A stretch of DNA of 61,899 nucleotides, filler included. It is 5 parts of 5 records of this genome, joined end to end, with 100 filler letters (N's around TTAATTAATTAA, not from the genome) between each part and the next. Parts side by side here need not be neighbours in the genome. Positions count along the whole stretch, not along the records: positions 18,653 to 41,053 come from SRR20825019_2450; 4 more parts are not named here. One strand, given 5' to 3'. The position numbers were made by a program, and so were the translations under genes. The notes under the pieces are model-generated. The model did not search any database, was not told where the DNA came from, and worked only from the letters and a program-made list of their open reading frames with translations. Shown here piece by piece: positions 23,090 to 33,458 of this stretch (its first letter is position 1; each line of letters starts with the position of its first letter).

Positions 23090-23676
23090 TGGAGTCCGGC
23101 ATCGTCAATATCCTCGTCGATATCTCGTTGATGACCTTGCTCGGCATCACCGCGATCGGCATCGTGCGGTCCCGTAACCTCTTCGCAACCGCCATGCTGT
23201 CCGGCATCTACAGCCTGATTTCAGCCGCCGTCTTCGTGACCCTCGATGCTGTCGATGTCGCCTTTACCGAAGCTGCCGTCGGCGCGGGCATCTCGACCGT
23301 GCTGATGCTGGGGGCGATGACCCTCACCCGCCGCAGCGAGAAACATGCAATCAAACTCCATGTCGGCCCGCTTTTCGTTACGATCGGTATTGGCGCCGCC
23401 CTGATCTACGGCACGGTCGATATGCCGCCCTTCGGCTCGACCGACGCACCAGGGTTCCAGCATATTGTCCCGGAATACATCGCCGGCTCCCGGGACGACA
23501 TCCAGGTGCCAAACATCGTCACCTCTATCCTGGCCAGCTATCGTGGCTTCGATACGCTGGGCGAGACCGCCGTGATTTTCGCGGCCGGTATCGGCGTGCT
23601 GTTCCTGCTTGGACGCCGCCGCGAGGATGACGAAAACGATGGAAAAACAGAGAGCGGCAAAGGAGAAGATGCATGA
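23086..23676 (+). CDS. Mrp subunit B1-like (DUF4040 plus MrpA C-terminal/MnhB-related part)
   Basis: DAVDVAFTEAAVGAG and NIVTSILASYRGFDTLGE, motifs of the MrpA C-terminus. Confidence 0.85.
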   Translation: MMESGIVNILVDISLMTLLGITAIGIVRSRNLFATAMLSGIYSLISAAVFVTLDAVDVAFTEAAVGAGISTVLMLGAMTLTRRSEKHAIKLHVGPLFVTIGIGAALIYGTVDMPPFGSTDAPGFQHIVPEYIAGSRDDIQVPNIVTSILASYRGFDTLGETAVIFAAGIGVLFLLGRRREDDENDGKTESGKGEDA

Positions 23677-24110
23677 GACATCATCTGATCCTGCGCGTGG
23701 TCTCCAAGCTGCTCATCCCGTTCATTCTGCTCTATGCGCTTTATGTTCAGTTCCATGGCGACTTCGGGCCTGGCGGCGGCTTTCAGGCCGGTGTCATCTT
23801 CGCTGCGGCCTTTGTGCTCTACGCCCTGATTTTTGGCGTCCAGGCTGCGCGCAAGGCCTTCCCGGATAGCTGGCTCGCGATCCTGATCCCTCTCGGCGTG
23901 CTGATTTATGCCGGTACTGGTATCGCATCGCTGCTGCTTGGCGGCACATTCCTTGACTATGACGTTCTGGCCTCGACCCCGACCGGCGGACAGCATATCG
24001 GCATCCTCTTGGTCGAATTCGGCGTCGGCGTGACAGTGACGGCGGTGATGATCGCGATCTTCTTCGCCTATGCGGGCCGAACCCACGAAATTCAGGATGA
24101 CGACTGGTAA
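23673..24110 (+). CDS. mrpB: Mrp antiporter subunit B (MnhB domain)
   Basis: FHGDFGPGGGFQAG, EFGVGVTV. Confidence 0.9.
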   Translation: MRHHLILRVVSKLLIPFILLYALYVQFHGDFGPGGGFQAGVIFAAAFVLYALIFGVQAARKAFPDSWLAILIPLGVLIYAGTGIASLLLGGTFLDYDVLASTPTGGQHIGILLVEFGVGVTVTAVMIAIFFAYAGRTHEIQDDDW

Positions 24111-24113
24111 GCC

Positions 24114-24515
24114 ATGCTTGAGCTGTTCCTAGACAAATATAACTACTGGATCGTCGTCGTCCTGATGATGATCGGGCTCTATATCGTCATTGCCCGCGGC
24201 AATCTGGTGAAGAAGATCGTCGGTCTCAACGTGTTCCAGACCTCTGTCTTCATGTTCTACATCTCGCTCGGCAAGGCTGAAGGAGGCACAGCGCCCATCC
24301 TGACAGGCAAGCCGGAGCTGTTCTCCAACCCGCTGCCGCACGTCTTGATCCTGACGGCCATCGTGGTCGGCATCGCAACAACGGCGCTCGGGCTCGCACT
24401 GGTGGTGCGGATACGCGAAAGCTACGACACCATCGAGGAAGACGAGCTGGACGGTATGGATAATATCGTCGTCACGACCGAACGTGCGCGACTAGGCACA
24501 GGGGATGCTGCCTGA
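24114..24515 (+). CDS. mrpC: Mrp antiporter subunit C
   Basis: NLVKKIVGL, NPLPHVLILTAIVVG. Confidence 0.92.
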   Translation: MLELFLDKYNYWIVVVLMMIGLYIVIARGNLVKKIVGLNVFQTSVFMFYISLGKAEGGTAPILTGKPELFSNPLPHVLILTAIVVGIATTALGLALVVRIRESYDTIEEDELDGMDNIVVTTERARLGTGDAA

Positions 24516-26002
24516 TGATCGCTGTCGACCATTTGCCGGTTCTCCAGGTTGTCGGTCCGCTGATCGCGGCCCCTATCTGCAGCCTCCTCCGGGCCCGTAA
24601 CCTTGCCTGGTTCTTCACACTTCTGGTGTGCATCGCCGCTTTCATTTGCAGCGCCTACCTGATGCACATGGTGCTGGAGACTGGCCCGATCAGTTATGAG
24701 ATCGGCGGCTGGGCGGCGCCTCTCGGTATCGAATACCGGGTCGATGCAAGCAACGGGCTGGTGCTGCTGATCATTTCCGGGATTTCCGCTGTTGTGCTGC
24801 CGTTCGCCAAGCGTAGCTTCGAGGCGGAAGTCCCTGAAAACCAACACTCTCTGCTCTATACCGCCTTTATTCTGTGCCTGACGGGGCTGCTCGGAATCAC
24901 GGCCACGGCGGATGCTTTCAACGTCTTCGTCTTTCTCGAGATCTCCTCGCTTTCGACCTATGTGCTGGTCGCAGCAGGGGCAAAGCAGGACCGGCGCGCC
25001 CTGACCGCCGCGTATAATTACCTGATCCTCGGAACCGTGGGTGCGACCTTCTTCGTGATCGGCGTCGGCCTGCTATATATGGCAACCGGTACGCTGAACA
25101 TGGCGGATCTCGCCGCGCGGATCGGCCCGGTAGGCACCTCCCGCACGCTGGATGTCGGTTTCGCCTTCATCATCATCGGGCTATCCCTGAAGCTGGCTCT
25201 GTTCCCGCTGCACGCCTGGCTGCCGAACGCCTATACCTATGCGCCGAGCGCGGTGACCGCCTTCCTCGCCGCGACATCGACGAAGGCAGCGGTCTACCTG
25301 CTGCTGCGCTTCTCCTTCACCATTTTCGGCTCCGGCTCCGCCTTCATGGCGCCGATGGTCGGGTATGTGGCGATGCCTCTGGCGCTGGCCGCCATGTTCG
25401 CGGGCTCCATTTCGGCCATCTACCAATATAATCTGAAGCGGCTTCTGGCTTATTCGAGCGTGGCGCAGATCGGCTATATGGTTCTGGGCATCAGTTTCCT
25501 CAGCGTCACCGGCCTGATGGCAACGACCCTGCACATGTTCAATCACGCCCTGATGAAAGGCGCCCTCTTCTTGGCGCTCGGCTGTGTCTTCTTCCGGATC
25601 CGGTCGGTCCACATCAACGACCTGGCCGGGATAGGCCGGCAGATGCCCTGGACCATGGCCGCCTTCGTGATCGGCGGACTCAGCCTGATCGGCGTGCCGC
25701 TGACGGTCGGCTTCATCAGCAAATGGTACCTGATCTCCGCTGCCGTGGAGCAGGAGGAATGGCTGCTCATCGCCCTGATCCTCGCCAGCTCCCTGCTCGC
25801 CGTGATCTATATCTGGCGCGTTGTCGAGGTGGCCTATCTGAAGGACCCGATCCCCGGCCGTACCGTAACGGAGGCACCGCTTTCCATGCTGCTGCCGACC
25901 TGGGCACTGGTTATTGCCAATATCTATTTCGGCGTTGATGCCAGCCTGACGACGCGGATCGCCCGGATGGCCGCCGAAGGTCTTGTGGGAGTGGCACAAT
26001 GA
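24515..26002 (+). CDS. mrpD: Mrp subunit D-family proton-conducting membrane subunit (D1)
   Basis: GGWAAPLGIEY, DAFNVFVFLEI, KLALFPLHAWLPNAY, KRLLAYSSVAQIGY. Confidence 0.9.
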   Translation: MIAVDHLPVLQVVGPLIAAPICSLLRARNLAWFFTLLVCIAAFICSAYLMHMVLETGPISYEIGGWAAPLGIEYRVDASNGLVLLIISGISAVVLPFAKRSFEAEVPENQHSLLYTAFILCLTGLLGITATADAFNVFVFLEISSLSTYVLVAAGAKQDRRALTAAYNYLILGTVGATFFVIGVGLLYMATGTLNMADLAARIGPVGTSRTLDVGFAFIIIGLSLKLALFPLHAWLPNAYTYAPSAVTAFLAATSTKAAVYLLLRFSFTIFGSGSAFMAPMVGYVAMPLALAAMFAGSISAIYQYNLKRLLAYSSVAQIGYMVLGISFLSVTGLMATTLHMFNHALMKGALFLALGCVFFRIRSVHINDLAGIGRQMPWTMAAFVIGGLSLIGVPLTVGFISKWYLISAAVEQEEWLLIALILASSLLAVIYIWRVVEVAYLKDPIPGRTVTEAPLSMLLPTWALVIANIYFGVDASLTTRIARMAAEGLVGVAQ

Positions 26003-27489
26003 GTATGGAAACAGCCCTCCTCGCCACCCTTGTCCTGCCGCTTGTCGGCATGGTGCTGATCTGGCTGACCGGGAATTCGCCGAACCTGCGCGAAGGTGTG
26101 ACACTGGTCACTGCCGTTGCGCTGTTTGCCATCGTGCTCGCCCTGCTTGACGCCGTGATGGCGGGCGAGGCACCGGGACTGACCCTGCTTGAGGTCATGC
26201 CGGGACTGGAGCTGGCTTTCAAGATCGAGCCGCTGGGCATGTTGTTCGCCTGCATTGCCTCCGGTCTCTGGATCATCAACTCGCTCTATTCCATCGGCTA
26301 TATGCGCGGGAATGACGAGAAGAAGCAGACCCGCTTCTACATGTGTTTCACGCTGGCCATCTCCAGCGCCATGGGCATCGCCTTTGCCGGGAACATGTTC
26401 ACGCTCTTCATCTTCTACGAAGTGCTGACCCTCTCGACCTACCCGCTGGTCGCCCACAAGGAGACCGAGGAAGCCAAGCGCGGCGCGCGGATCTATCTCG
26501 GCATCCTGATCGGCACGTCCATCGGCCTGCAGCTCGCCGCCGTGATCTGGACCTGGATCGCCGCCGGAACGCTCGATTTTACCAAAGGCGGGATCCTCGC
26601 CGATCAGGTCGAGCCGGTTCTGCTGCCCTTCCTGCTGGCGCTCTACATGTTCGGCATCGGCAAGGCTGCGCTGATGCCGTTCCATCGCTGGCTTCCGGCC
26701 GCGATGGTGGCGCCGACGCCCGTGAGCGCGCTGCTGCATGCGGTCGCCGTGGTGAAGGCCGGTGTGTTCACCGTGCTTAAAGTGGTGGTCTATATCTTCG
26801 GCATCGACCTGCTGACCCAGACCGGGGCGGCACACTGGCTGATCTGGGTTGCCTCCTTCACCGTGCTGGCGGCGTCCCTTGTCGCCATGACCAAGGACAA
26901 CCTGAAGGCCCGGCTGGCTTACTCCACCATCAGCCAGCTCGGCTATATCGTGCTCGGCGCCGCGCTGGCCAATCACTATGCGATCCTCGGCGGCGCACTG
27001 CATATCGCCACCCACGCTTTCGGCAAGATCACTCTCTTCATGTGCGCCGGTGCGATCTACGTGGCGACCCACAAGACAGAAATAAGCGACATGCAGGGGC
27101 TTGGGCGCGTCATGCCCTTTACCTTCGGCGCCTTCTGCATCGGCGCGCTATCGATCATCGGCCTGCCGCCCTTCGCCGGGACCTGGAGCAAATGGTATCT
27201 CGCTCTCGGTGCTGCCGAGACCGGCATGATCGTTGTGGTCGCGGTCTACATGGTCAGCTCGCTGCTAAACATCGCCTATCTGATGCCGATTGTGGCGCGC
27301 GGCTTTTTCCGCCCGGCACCCGCGCTGGCGACATCATCGGCGGGAGCCGCAGTCGCCCCTGCAAAAGGTGGAATTCAGGAAGCGCCGTTCTTCTGCGTGC
27401 TGCCCCCCTGCCTGACGGCCTTCGGCTGTCTCGTCCTGTTCTTTTATGCCGACGCGATCATCGCGTTGCTGCGCCCGATCGTTGAGTGA
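25999..27489 (+). CDS. Mrp subunit D/A-family proton-conducting membrane subunit (D2)
   Basis: FIFYEVLTL, KAALMPFHRWLPAAMVAPTPVSALLHA, KARLAYSTISQLGY, HAFGKITLFM. Confidence 0.9.
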   Translation: MSMETALLATLVLPLVGMVLIWLTGNSPNLREGVTLVTAVALFAIVLALLDAVMAGEAPGLTLLEVMPGLELAFKIEPLGMLFACIASGLWIINSLYSIGYMRGNDEKKQTRFYMCFTLAISSAMGIAFAGNMFTLFIFYEVLTLSTYPLVAHKETEEAKRGARIYLGILIGTSIGLQLAAVIWTWIAAGTLDFTKGGILADQVEPVLLPFLLALYMFGIGKAALMPFHRWLPAAMVAPTPVSALLHAVAVVKAGVFTVLKVVVYIFGIDLLTQTGAAHWLIWVASFTVLAASLVAMTKDNLKARLAYSTISQLGYIVLGAALANHYAILGGALHIATHAFGKITLFMCAGAIYVATHKTEISDMQGLGRVMPFTFGAFCIGALSIIGLPPFAGTWSKWYLALGAAETGMIVVVAVYMVSSLLNIAYLMPIVARGFFRPAPALATSSAGAAVAPAKGGIQEAPFFCVLPPCLTAFGCLVLFFYADAIIALLRPIVE

Positions 27490-27498
27490 GGCTGGCCG

Positions 27499-27786
27499 AT
27501 GACCCAATCCGATAAAACGGAGCACCATTCAAAGCCTGACGAGCAACCGCGCTGGCTCGACAATCCACGCAACGTGAACAAGATCGTCATCGCGGTTTTT
27601 GTCATTTGCGCTGTGCTTTTTGCCGCGGATGCCTTCTATCACAAGCATCCTCATTTCGAGGCCGAATCATGGTTTGGCTTCTATGCCATCTATGGCTTCG
27701 TCATGTGCGTCGGCCTTGTTCTGGCCGCGAAATTGATGCGGACATTCCTGATGCGGGACGAAGATTATTATGACCATGATCGTTGA
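27499..27786 (+). CDS. Small two-TM hypothetical protein inside the mrp operon
   Basis: 95 aa, two hydrophobic helices, WFGFYAIYGF...LMRDEDYYD; overlaps the next ORF. Confidence 0.75.
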   Translation: MTQSDKTEHHSKPDEQPRWLDNPRNVNKIVIAVFVICAVLFAADAFYHKHPHFEAESWFGFYAIYGFVMCVGLVLAAKLMRTFLMRDEDYYDHDR

Positions 27787-29485
27787 TCTGTTTTTCCCGC
27801 TCAGCCCCGGCCTGCTGCTGATTCTCGGCGGACTGCTTGTTCCTTTTCTCAGCTATGCCATTGGGCGGGTCTATGTACTCGTTCTCCCCGCTGTCCTGCT
27901 CGTCTATCTGTTTGCGCTGCCGGATGGAAATCATGGCGCGGTCACGATGCTGGGCTATGAGCTTGAACTGCTCCGCCTGGATAACCTGTCACGCATATTC
28001 GCGACGATTTTCCTGATCGCCTCGATCCTCGGCAATCTCTACGCCTGGCACGAGCCTGATCGCGTGCAGCGCACCGCAGCGCAGATCTATGCCGGCAGTG
28101 CCGTTGCCGCCGCCCTTTCCGGTGACCTGATATCTTTGTTCGTGTTCTGGGAATTGACCGCCGTCTCGTCGGTCTTCCTGATCTGGGCCAGCGGAACCGA
28201 AAGCGCCTACCGTGCGGGAATGCGCTACCTGATCATCCAGGTTGGCTCCGGCGTCATCCTGCTCGCCGGCCTGATCATTCATGTCACGGCGACCGGCTCC
28301 ATCGCATTCGATCATTTCGGACTTGAAGCCCCCGGTGCCTGGCTGATCTTCCTGGCCTTTGGCATCAAATGCGCATTCCCATTGCTGCATAACTGGCTGC
28401 AGGACGCCTATTCCGAAGCCACAGTCACCGGAACGGTCGTGCTCTCGGCATTCACCACCAAGCTTGCGGTCTATACCCTTGCGCGTGGTTTTGCCGGCAC
28501 CGAGATACTGATCTGGATCGGCGCGGCAATGACCATGTTCCCGATCTTCTATGCGGTGATCGAGAACGACCTGCGACGCGTGCTGGCCTACAGTCTCAAC
28601 AACCAACTCGGTTTCATGGTGGTCGGCATCGGCGTCGGCACGGAACTCGCGCTGAACGGTACGGCAGCTCATGCCTTCTGCCATATCCTCTATAAAGCTC
28701 TCCTGTTCATGTCGATGGGCGCCGTGCTGTTCCGGACAGGAACCTGCAAAGGCTCCGAGCTTGGAGGTCTCTACAAGTCCATGCCATGGACGGCGGCATT
28801 CTGTATGGTCGGTGCCGCGTCGATCTCAGCTTTCCCCTTGTTTTCGGGCTTCGTCTCCAAATCCCTGATCATGTCCGCTTCCGCGAATGAAGGATATTGG
28901 TTCGTCTGGGCCGTGTTGCTCTTTGCATCCGCCGGGGTGTTCCACCATTCAGGTATCAAGATCCCCTATTTCGCGTTCTTCGCGCATGACAGCGGCCGCC
29001 GGCCTAAAGAGGCTCCGTTCAACATGCTGCTGGCAATGGGGATCGCGGCCATCCTGTGCGTCGGTATCGGCGTCTGGCCAGACCCGCTCTACGCCCTGTT
29101 GCCGTTTGAACTGGATTATGTTCCCTACACAACGGCGCACGTCATAACGCAGCTCCAGCTTCTGATGTTCTCGGCACTGGCCTTCACGGTTCTCATGCGC
29201 ACAGGCATCTATCCGCCGGAGCTGAAATCGACGAATCTGGATTTCGATTGGGTGTACAGGCGCTATCTGCCGAATGTCTTGGGCAGACTGGGCACCGCGA
29301 TCGACATCGGCTACCAAAGCGTAACCGGTAATGCGAAAACCGTCATATATGCTGCGATGGCAGCTTCCGTGACCGTTTTCGCCCCTGGCGGCCTTTCCGG
29401 ACGGATTGCCCGCGTCGGAAACGCAGTCGCCATCGTCGCCTTCCTGCTGCTCGTGGCGTTGATTGTCAGTTACTCGGCCATCTGA
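27770..29485 (+). CDS. Mrp subunit D-family proton-conducting membrane subunit (D3)
   Basis: LFVFWEL, KCAFPLLHNWLQDAY, ENDLRRVLAYS, HILYKALLFM, FPLFSGFVSK. Confidence 0.88.
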   Translation: MTMIVDLFFPLSPGLLLILGGLLVPFLSYAIGRVYVLVLPAVLLVYLFALPDGNHGAVTMLGYELELLRLDNLSRIFATIFLIASILGNLYAWHEPDRVQRTAAQIYAGSAVAAALSGDLISLFVFWELTAVSSVFLIWASGTESAYRAGMRYLIIQVGSGVILLAGLIIHVTATGSIAFDHFGLEAPGAWLIFLAFGIKCAFPLLHNWLQDAYSEATVTGTVVLSAFTTKLAVYTLARGFAGTEILIWIGAAMTMFPIFYAVIENDLRRVLAYSLNNQLGFMVVGIGVGTELALNGTAAHAFCHILYKALLFMSMGAVLFRTGTCKGSELGGLYKSMPWTAAFCMVGAASISAFPLFSGFVSKSLIMSASANEGYWFVWAVLLFASAGVFHHSGIKIPYFAFFAHDSGRRPKEAPFNMLLAMGIAAILCVGIGVWPDPLYALLPFELDYVPYTTAHVITQLQLLMFSALAFTVLMRTGIYPPELKSTNLDFDWVYRRYLPNVLGRLGTAIDIGYQSVTGNAKTVIYAAMAASVTVFAPGGLSGRIARVGNAVAIVAFLLLVALIVSYSAI

Positions 29486-29610
29486 TCTTCCTGGTAACAC
29501 CAGAGCACGGCTCGTCCCGATTGCTTTCCGCCCCGGTCTGGAACGGAGGCGGAAAAGATGATAATGGCAACGCCACGGGTTAATTCCCTTGTGAAGAAAG
29601 GTTCACCGCC

Positions 29611-30246
29611 ATGGATATGACTGGCGAATATCTCGTTCCGGCGCCGAAACAGGCGGTCTGGGAAGCGCTGAACGATCCCGAGATCCTCAAGCAGTGCATC
29701 CCCGGTTGCGAGGAGGTCAACAAGACCTCCGACACGGGTTTCGATGCCAAGGTTTCGGCCAAGGTTGGCCCGGTGAAGGCGAAATTCTCCGGCGCGGTCA
29801 CTCTCTCGGACATCGACCCGCCGAACGGCTATACGATCAGCGGCGAAGGCAAGGGCGGCGCGGCCGGTTTTGCCAAGGGCGGCGCGAAAGTCGCCCTCTC
29901 GGAAGCCGAGGGCGGTACATTGCTCACCTACGAGGTGAACGCTCAGGTCGGCGGCAAGCTCGCGCAGATCGGTGCGCGCCTGATCGACTCGACCGCGAAG
30001 AAAATGGCGAACGATTTCTTCAAGACCTTCAGCGAAGTCGTTGCCGCCTCTTCCGGCACCACAGACACACCGGCGGCCGAAACAATGGCACCGGCAACAA
30101 CCGACCATGGAAAGGAAAATGCTATGAGCGAGAATGATGCTCCTGCTGAGAACGTATATCACGGCCTGCACTGGATGGTGATCCTGTCCACAGGCCTCGC
30201 GATCGCCAGCCTGGTCTGGTACGCGACGCAAGGTCTCAGCCTCTAA
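29611..30246 (+). CDS. coxG: CoxG/SRPBCC protein with C-terminal membrane anchor
   Basis: VWEALNDPEILKQCIPGC, KVGPVKAKF, GGKLAQIGARLID; hydrophobic tail. Confidence 0.9.
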   Translation: MDMTGEYLVPAPKQAVWEALNDPEILKQCIPGCEEVNKTSDTGFDAKVSAKVGPVKAKFSGAVTLSDIDPPNGYTISGEGKGGAAGFAKGGAKVALSEAEGGTLLTYEVNAQVGGKLAQIGARLIDSTAKKMANDFFKTFSEVVAASSGTTDTPAAETMAPATTDHGKENAMSENDAPAENVYHGLHWMVILSTGLAIASLVWYATQGLSL

Positions 30247-30285
30247 AAACCACCCAATACCGCTGGATATTTTCCGGCTGGAAAG

Positions 30286-30319
30286 AAACGGCGCGAGACA
30301 GGAGTTTCGCGCCGTTTTT
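30286..30319 (+). terminator. Rho-independent terminator after coxG
   Basis: AAACGGCGCGAGAC-agga-GTTTCGCGCCGTTT followed by T. Confidence 0.7.
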
Positions 30320-30543
30320 GTATCCGGAATTCACAGCTTCGCGAGGCGCACAGCCTCCATCGGGAAAGTGACGGCTTTAGCCGTACCGGATTTCAGTGCT
30401 TCTCCGATCCTCGCTTGACCTTGGACCGAACGGCGAAGAGACTGACCCTCGAAGTCGAAATATCCAAACATTCGACACAGTCGGAACCTTGAAGTCCAGG
30501 AGCCGGCAAATGGCGCCTTGGAGAGATAACTGGGAGAGAGCCT

Positions 30544-31002
30544 ATGGCCACCGTATCCATGACGGTGAACGGGAAGTCTGTCAGCGGTGAAGTCGAGCCG
30601 CGCACCCTTCTTGTTCAATTCATCCGCGAACAGCTCCACCTGACCGGCACCCATGTCGGCTGCGATACCAGCCAGTGCGGTGCCTGTGTCGTACATGTGA
30701 ACGGCGATTCCGTAAAAAGCTGCACCATGCTTGCGGTTCAGGCGGATGGCTCCGATGTCACAACCATCGAAGGCCTCGCCAACGGCGACACGCTGCACCC
30801 GATGCAGGAAGCCTTCCGCGACAACCATGGCCTGCAATGCGGTTTCTGCACCCCGGGCATGGTGATGAGCGCTGTCGACCTGCTGAAAAAGAACCCGAAG
30901 CCGAGCGAGGGCGAAATCCGCGAATGGCTGGAAGGCAACATCTGCCGTTGCACGGGCTACCACAACATCGTCAAGGCCGTGCAGCAAGCGGCGCAGGTTT
31001 AA
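30544..31002 (+). CDS. coxS: [2Fe-2S] small subunit of a molybdo-flavoenzyme (CoxS-like)
   Basis: [30 protein letters not shown]. Confidence 0.93.
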   Translation: MATVSMTVNGKSVSGEVEPRTLLVQFIREQLHLTGTHVGCDTSQCGACVVHVNGDSVKSCTMLAVQADGSDVTTIEGLANGDTLHPMQEAFRDNHGLQCGFCTPGMVMSAVDLLKKNPKPSEGEIREWLEGNICRCTGYHNIVKAVQQAAQV

Positions 31003-31066
31003 GGATCACGCATAAAACGCTCCAAAAGACAGGCGGAAAAACCGCCATGCGAAACGGGAGGATAGA

Positions 31067-33430
31067 ATGCCGGACGGAACCACGGGTACGGGCATAGGCG
31101 CCGCCGTAAAGCGCGTCGAGGACTTCAGATTTCTGACAGGCAAAGGCAATTACACGGACGACATAAATCGCCCGGGTCAGTCCTACGCCTATATCCTGCG
31201 CAGCCCGCATGCGCACGCCAAGATCACCTCTATCGACAGCTCCGCGGCCAAGGCCGCAAATGGCGTTCTGGCCGTCTTCACGGGCGAGGACATGCAGGTC
31301 GGCTCCCTGCCCTGCGGCTGGCAGATCCATTCAAAGGATGGCTCGCCAATGCTTGAGCCGGAACATCCGCCGCTTGCCAAGGGCAAGGTCCGCTATGTCG
31401 GCGACCAGGTCGCCGTCGTAATCGCGGATACCTATAGCCAGGCGAAGGATGCAGCTGAGAGCATCGTTGTCGATTATGAAGTCCTGCCTGCAGCCGTCAG
31501 CATGTCAGATGCCCTTACCGACAAGGCTCTGGTACATGATGATATCGGCTCAAACCTCTGCTTTGACTGGGAAATCGGTGACGAGGCCGCAGTCGACGAG
31601 GCGATGTCCAAAGCCGCGCATATCACCAAGATCGATCTGGTGAATAACCGACTGGTGCCGAATGCGATGGAGCCGCGTGCCGCAGTCGGCGAGTTCGACG
31701 CCGCGACCGGCGAATACACGCTCTACACCACCAGTCAGAACCCGCATGTCATCCGCCTGTTGATGGGCGCCTTCGTGCTGTCCATTCCCGAGCACAAGCT
31801 CCGGGTCGTGGCACCGGATGTCGGCGGCGGTTTCGGCTCCAAGATTTATCATTATGCTGAAGAAGCCATTGTCACCTGGGCTGCTCCGAAAGTCGGCCGC
31901 CCCATCAAATGGGTGGCAGACCGCAGCGAGGCCTTTATCTCGGACGCACATGGCCGGGATCAGATCAACCACGCCGAACTGGCGCTGGATGCCGATGGCA
32001 AGTTTCTCGCATTGAAGGTTCAGACCCAGGCCAACATGGGGGCCTACCTCTCCACCTTTGCGCCCTGCGTGCCGACTTATCTCTCGGCCACCCTGCTTGC
32101 GGGCACCTACACCACGCCCGTGATCCACGCCAACGTGAAGGCGATCTTCACCAATACGGTACCGGTAGACGCCTATCGCGGCGCGGGCCGTCCGGAATCG
32201 ACCTACCTGATCGAGCGTATCGTCGATCAGGCGGCACGCGAGACCGGGATCGACAAGGTGGAAATCCGCCGCCGGAACTTCATTCCGGCTGATGCCTTCC
32301 CGTATCAGACACCGGTCGCCCTGCAATATGACAGCGGCGACTATGAAGCCACCCTGTCTTCTGCCACCAAGCTTGCCGATGTCGCCGGTTTTGCCGCCCG
32401 CAAGGCGGAAGCCGCCAGCCGGGGCAAGCTCCGGGGCATGGGATATTCGACCTATCTGGAAGCCTGCGGCATCGCGCCGTCGGCCGTTGTCGGCTCTCTC
32501 GGGGCCCGTGCGGGCCTCTATGAGTCCGCCGAGGTCCGGGTCCATCCAACAGGCTCCGTGACGGTCTTCACCGGTACGCACAGCCACGGACAGGGGCACG
32601 AGACGACCTTTGCCCAGCTTGTCTCCGACCGGCTTGGTCTCCCGATGGAAAGTATCGAGATCAGTCACGGCGACACCAACAAGGTGCAGTTCGGCATGGG
32701 AACCTACGGGTCCCGCTCCCTCGCCGTTGGCGGCGAGGCGCTGATCCGGGCCGTGGACAAGATCATCGACAAGGCAAAGAAGATCGCGGCCCATGTGCTT
32801 GAGGCTTCGGCCGACGATATCGAGTTCAAGGACGGCAACTTCACCGTGGCCGGGACCGACCGCTCTATGGCGTTCGGCGAGGTCGCCCTCACCGCCTATG
32901 TGCCCCACAACTTCCCGCACGACGAGCTGGAGCCGGGCCTCGACGAAAAAGCCTTCTACGATCCAGCCAACTTCACCTTCCCCGGTGGCTGCCATATCTG
33001 CGAGGTCGAGATCGATCCTGAGACCGGCGTTACCGAGGTGATCAAGTTCACCGCCGTGGATGATGTAGGACGGGTGATCAACCCGATGATCGTCGAGGGA
33101 CAGGTGCATGGCGGCGTCGCCCAGGGGATCGGGCAGGCATTGCTGGAATACGCCGCCTATGATGACAACGGGCAGCTCGTGACCGGTTCCTTTATGGACT
33201 ACACGATGCCGCGCGCCGATAATCTGCCTAAATTCGATGTGGCCACGCAAAGCACGCTCTGCACACACAACACTCTCGGTGTGAAGGGCGTCGGCGAGGT
33301 CGGCGCGATCGGCTCTCCGCCCGCCGTCATCAATGCGGTTATAGATGCGCTCTGGGACCGCGGTGTACGGGACATGAGCATGCCGGCGACGCCGGAAAAG
33401 GTTTGGTCGGCCCTGCAGGCCGCCGAGTAA
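31067..33430 (+). CDS. coxL: Molybdopterin large subunit, form II CoxL-like (xanthine dehydrogenase family)
   Basis: VGGGFGSK, active-site loop [26 protein letters not shown]. Confidence 0.9.
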   Translation: MPDGTTGTGIGAAVKRVEDFRFLTGKGNYTDDINRPGQSYAYILRSPHAHAKITSIDSSAAKAANGVLAVFTGEDMQVGSLPCGWQIHSKDGSPMLEPEHPPLAKGKVRYVGDQVAVVIADTYSQAKDAAESIVVDYEVLPAAVSMSDALTDKALVHDDIGSNLCFDWEIGDEAAVDEAMSKAAHITKIDLVNNRLVPNAMEPRAAVGEFDAATGEYTLYTTSQNPHVIRLLMGAFVLSIPEHKLRVVAPDVGGGFGSKIYHYAEEAIVTWAAPKVGRPIKWVADRSEAFISDAHGRDQINHAELALDADGKFLALKVQTQANMGAYLSTFAPCVPTYLSATLLAGTYTTPVIHANVKAIFTNTVPVDAYRGAGRPESTYLIERIVDQAARETGIDKVEIRRRNFIPADAFPYQTPVALQYDSGDYEATLSSATKLADVAGFAARKAEAASRGKLRGMGYSTYLEACGIAPSAVVGSLGARAGLYESAEVRVHPTGSVTVFTGTHSHGQGHETTFAQLVSDRLGLPMESIEISHGDTNKVQFGMGTYGSRSLAVGGEALIRAVDKIIDKAKKIAAHVLEASADDIEFKDGNFTVAGTDRSMAFGEVALTAYVPHNFPHDELEPGLDEKAFYDPANFTFPGGCHICEVEIDPETGVTEVIKFTAVDDVGRVINPMIVEGQVHGGVAQGIGQALLEYAAYDDNGQLVTGSFMDYTMPRADNLPKFDVATQSTLCTHNTLGVKGVGEVGAIGSPPAVINAVIDALWDRGVRDMSMPATPEKVWSALQAAE

Positions 33431-33458
33431 GCGAAAGCCAGGAAGGAAGACTCAAAAG

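Noticed and set aside
31550-33268. Long antisense ORFs (also 25924-27072, 39638-41101, 47246-49006)
   Set aside because: Shadow frames opposite well-supported high-GC genes, with no recognisable motifs.
31067-33430. Bona fide aerobic CO dehydrogenase
   Set aside because: The active-site loop is AYRGAGR (form II), not AYXCSFR, and the gene order is S-L-M.
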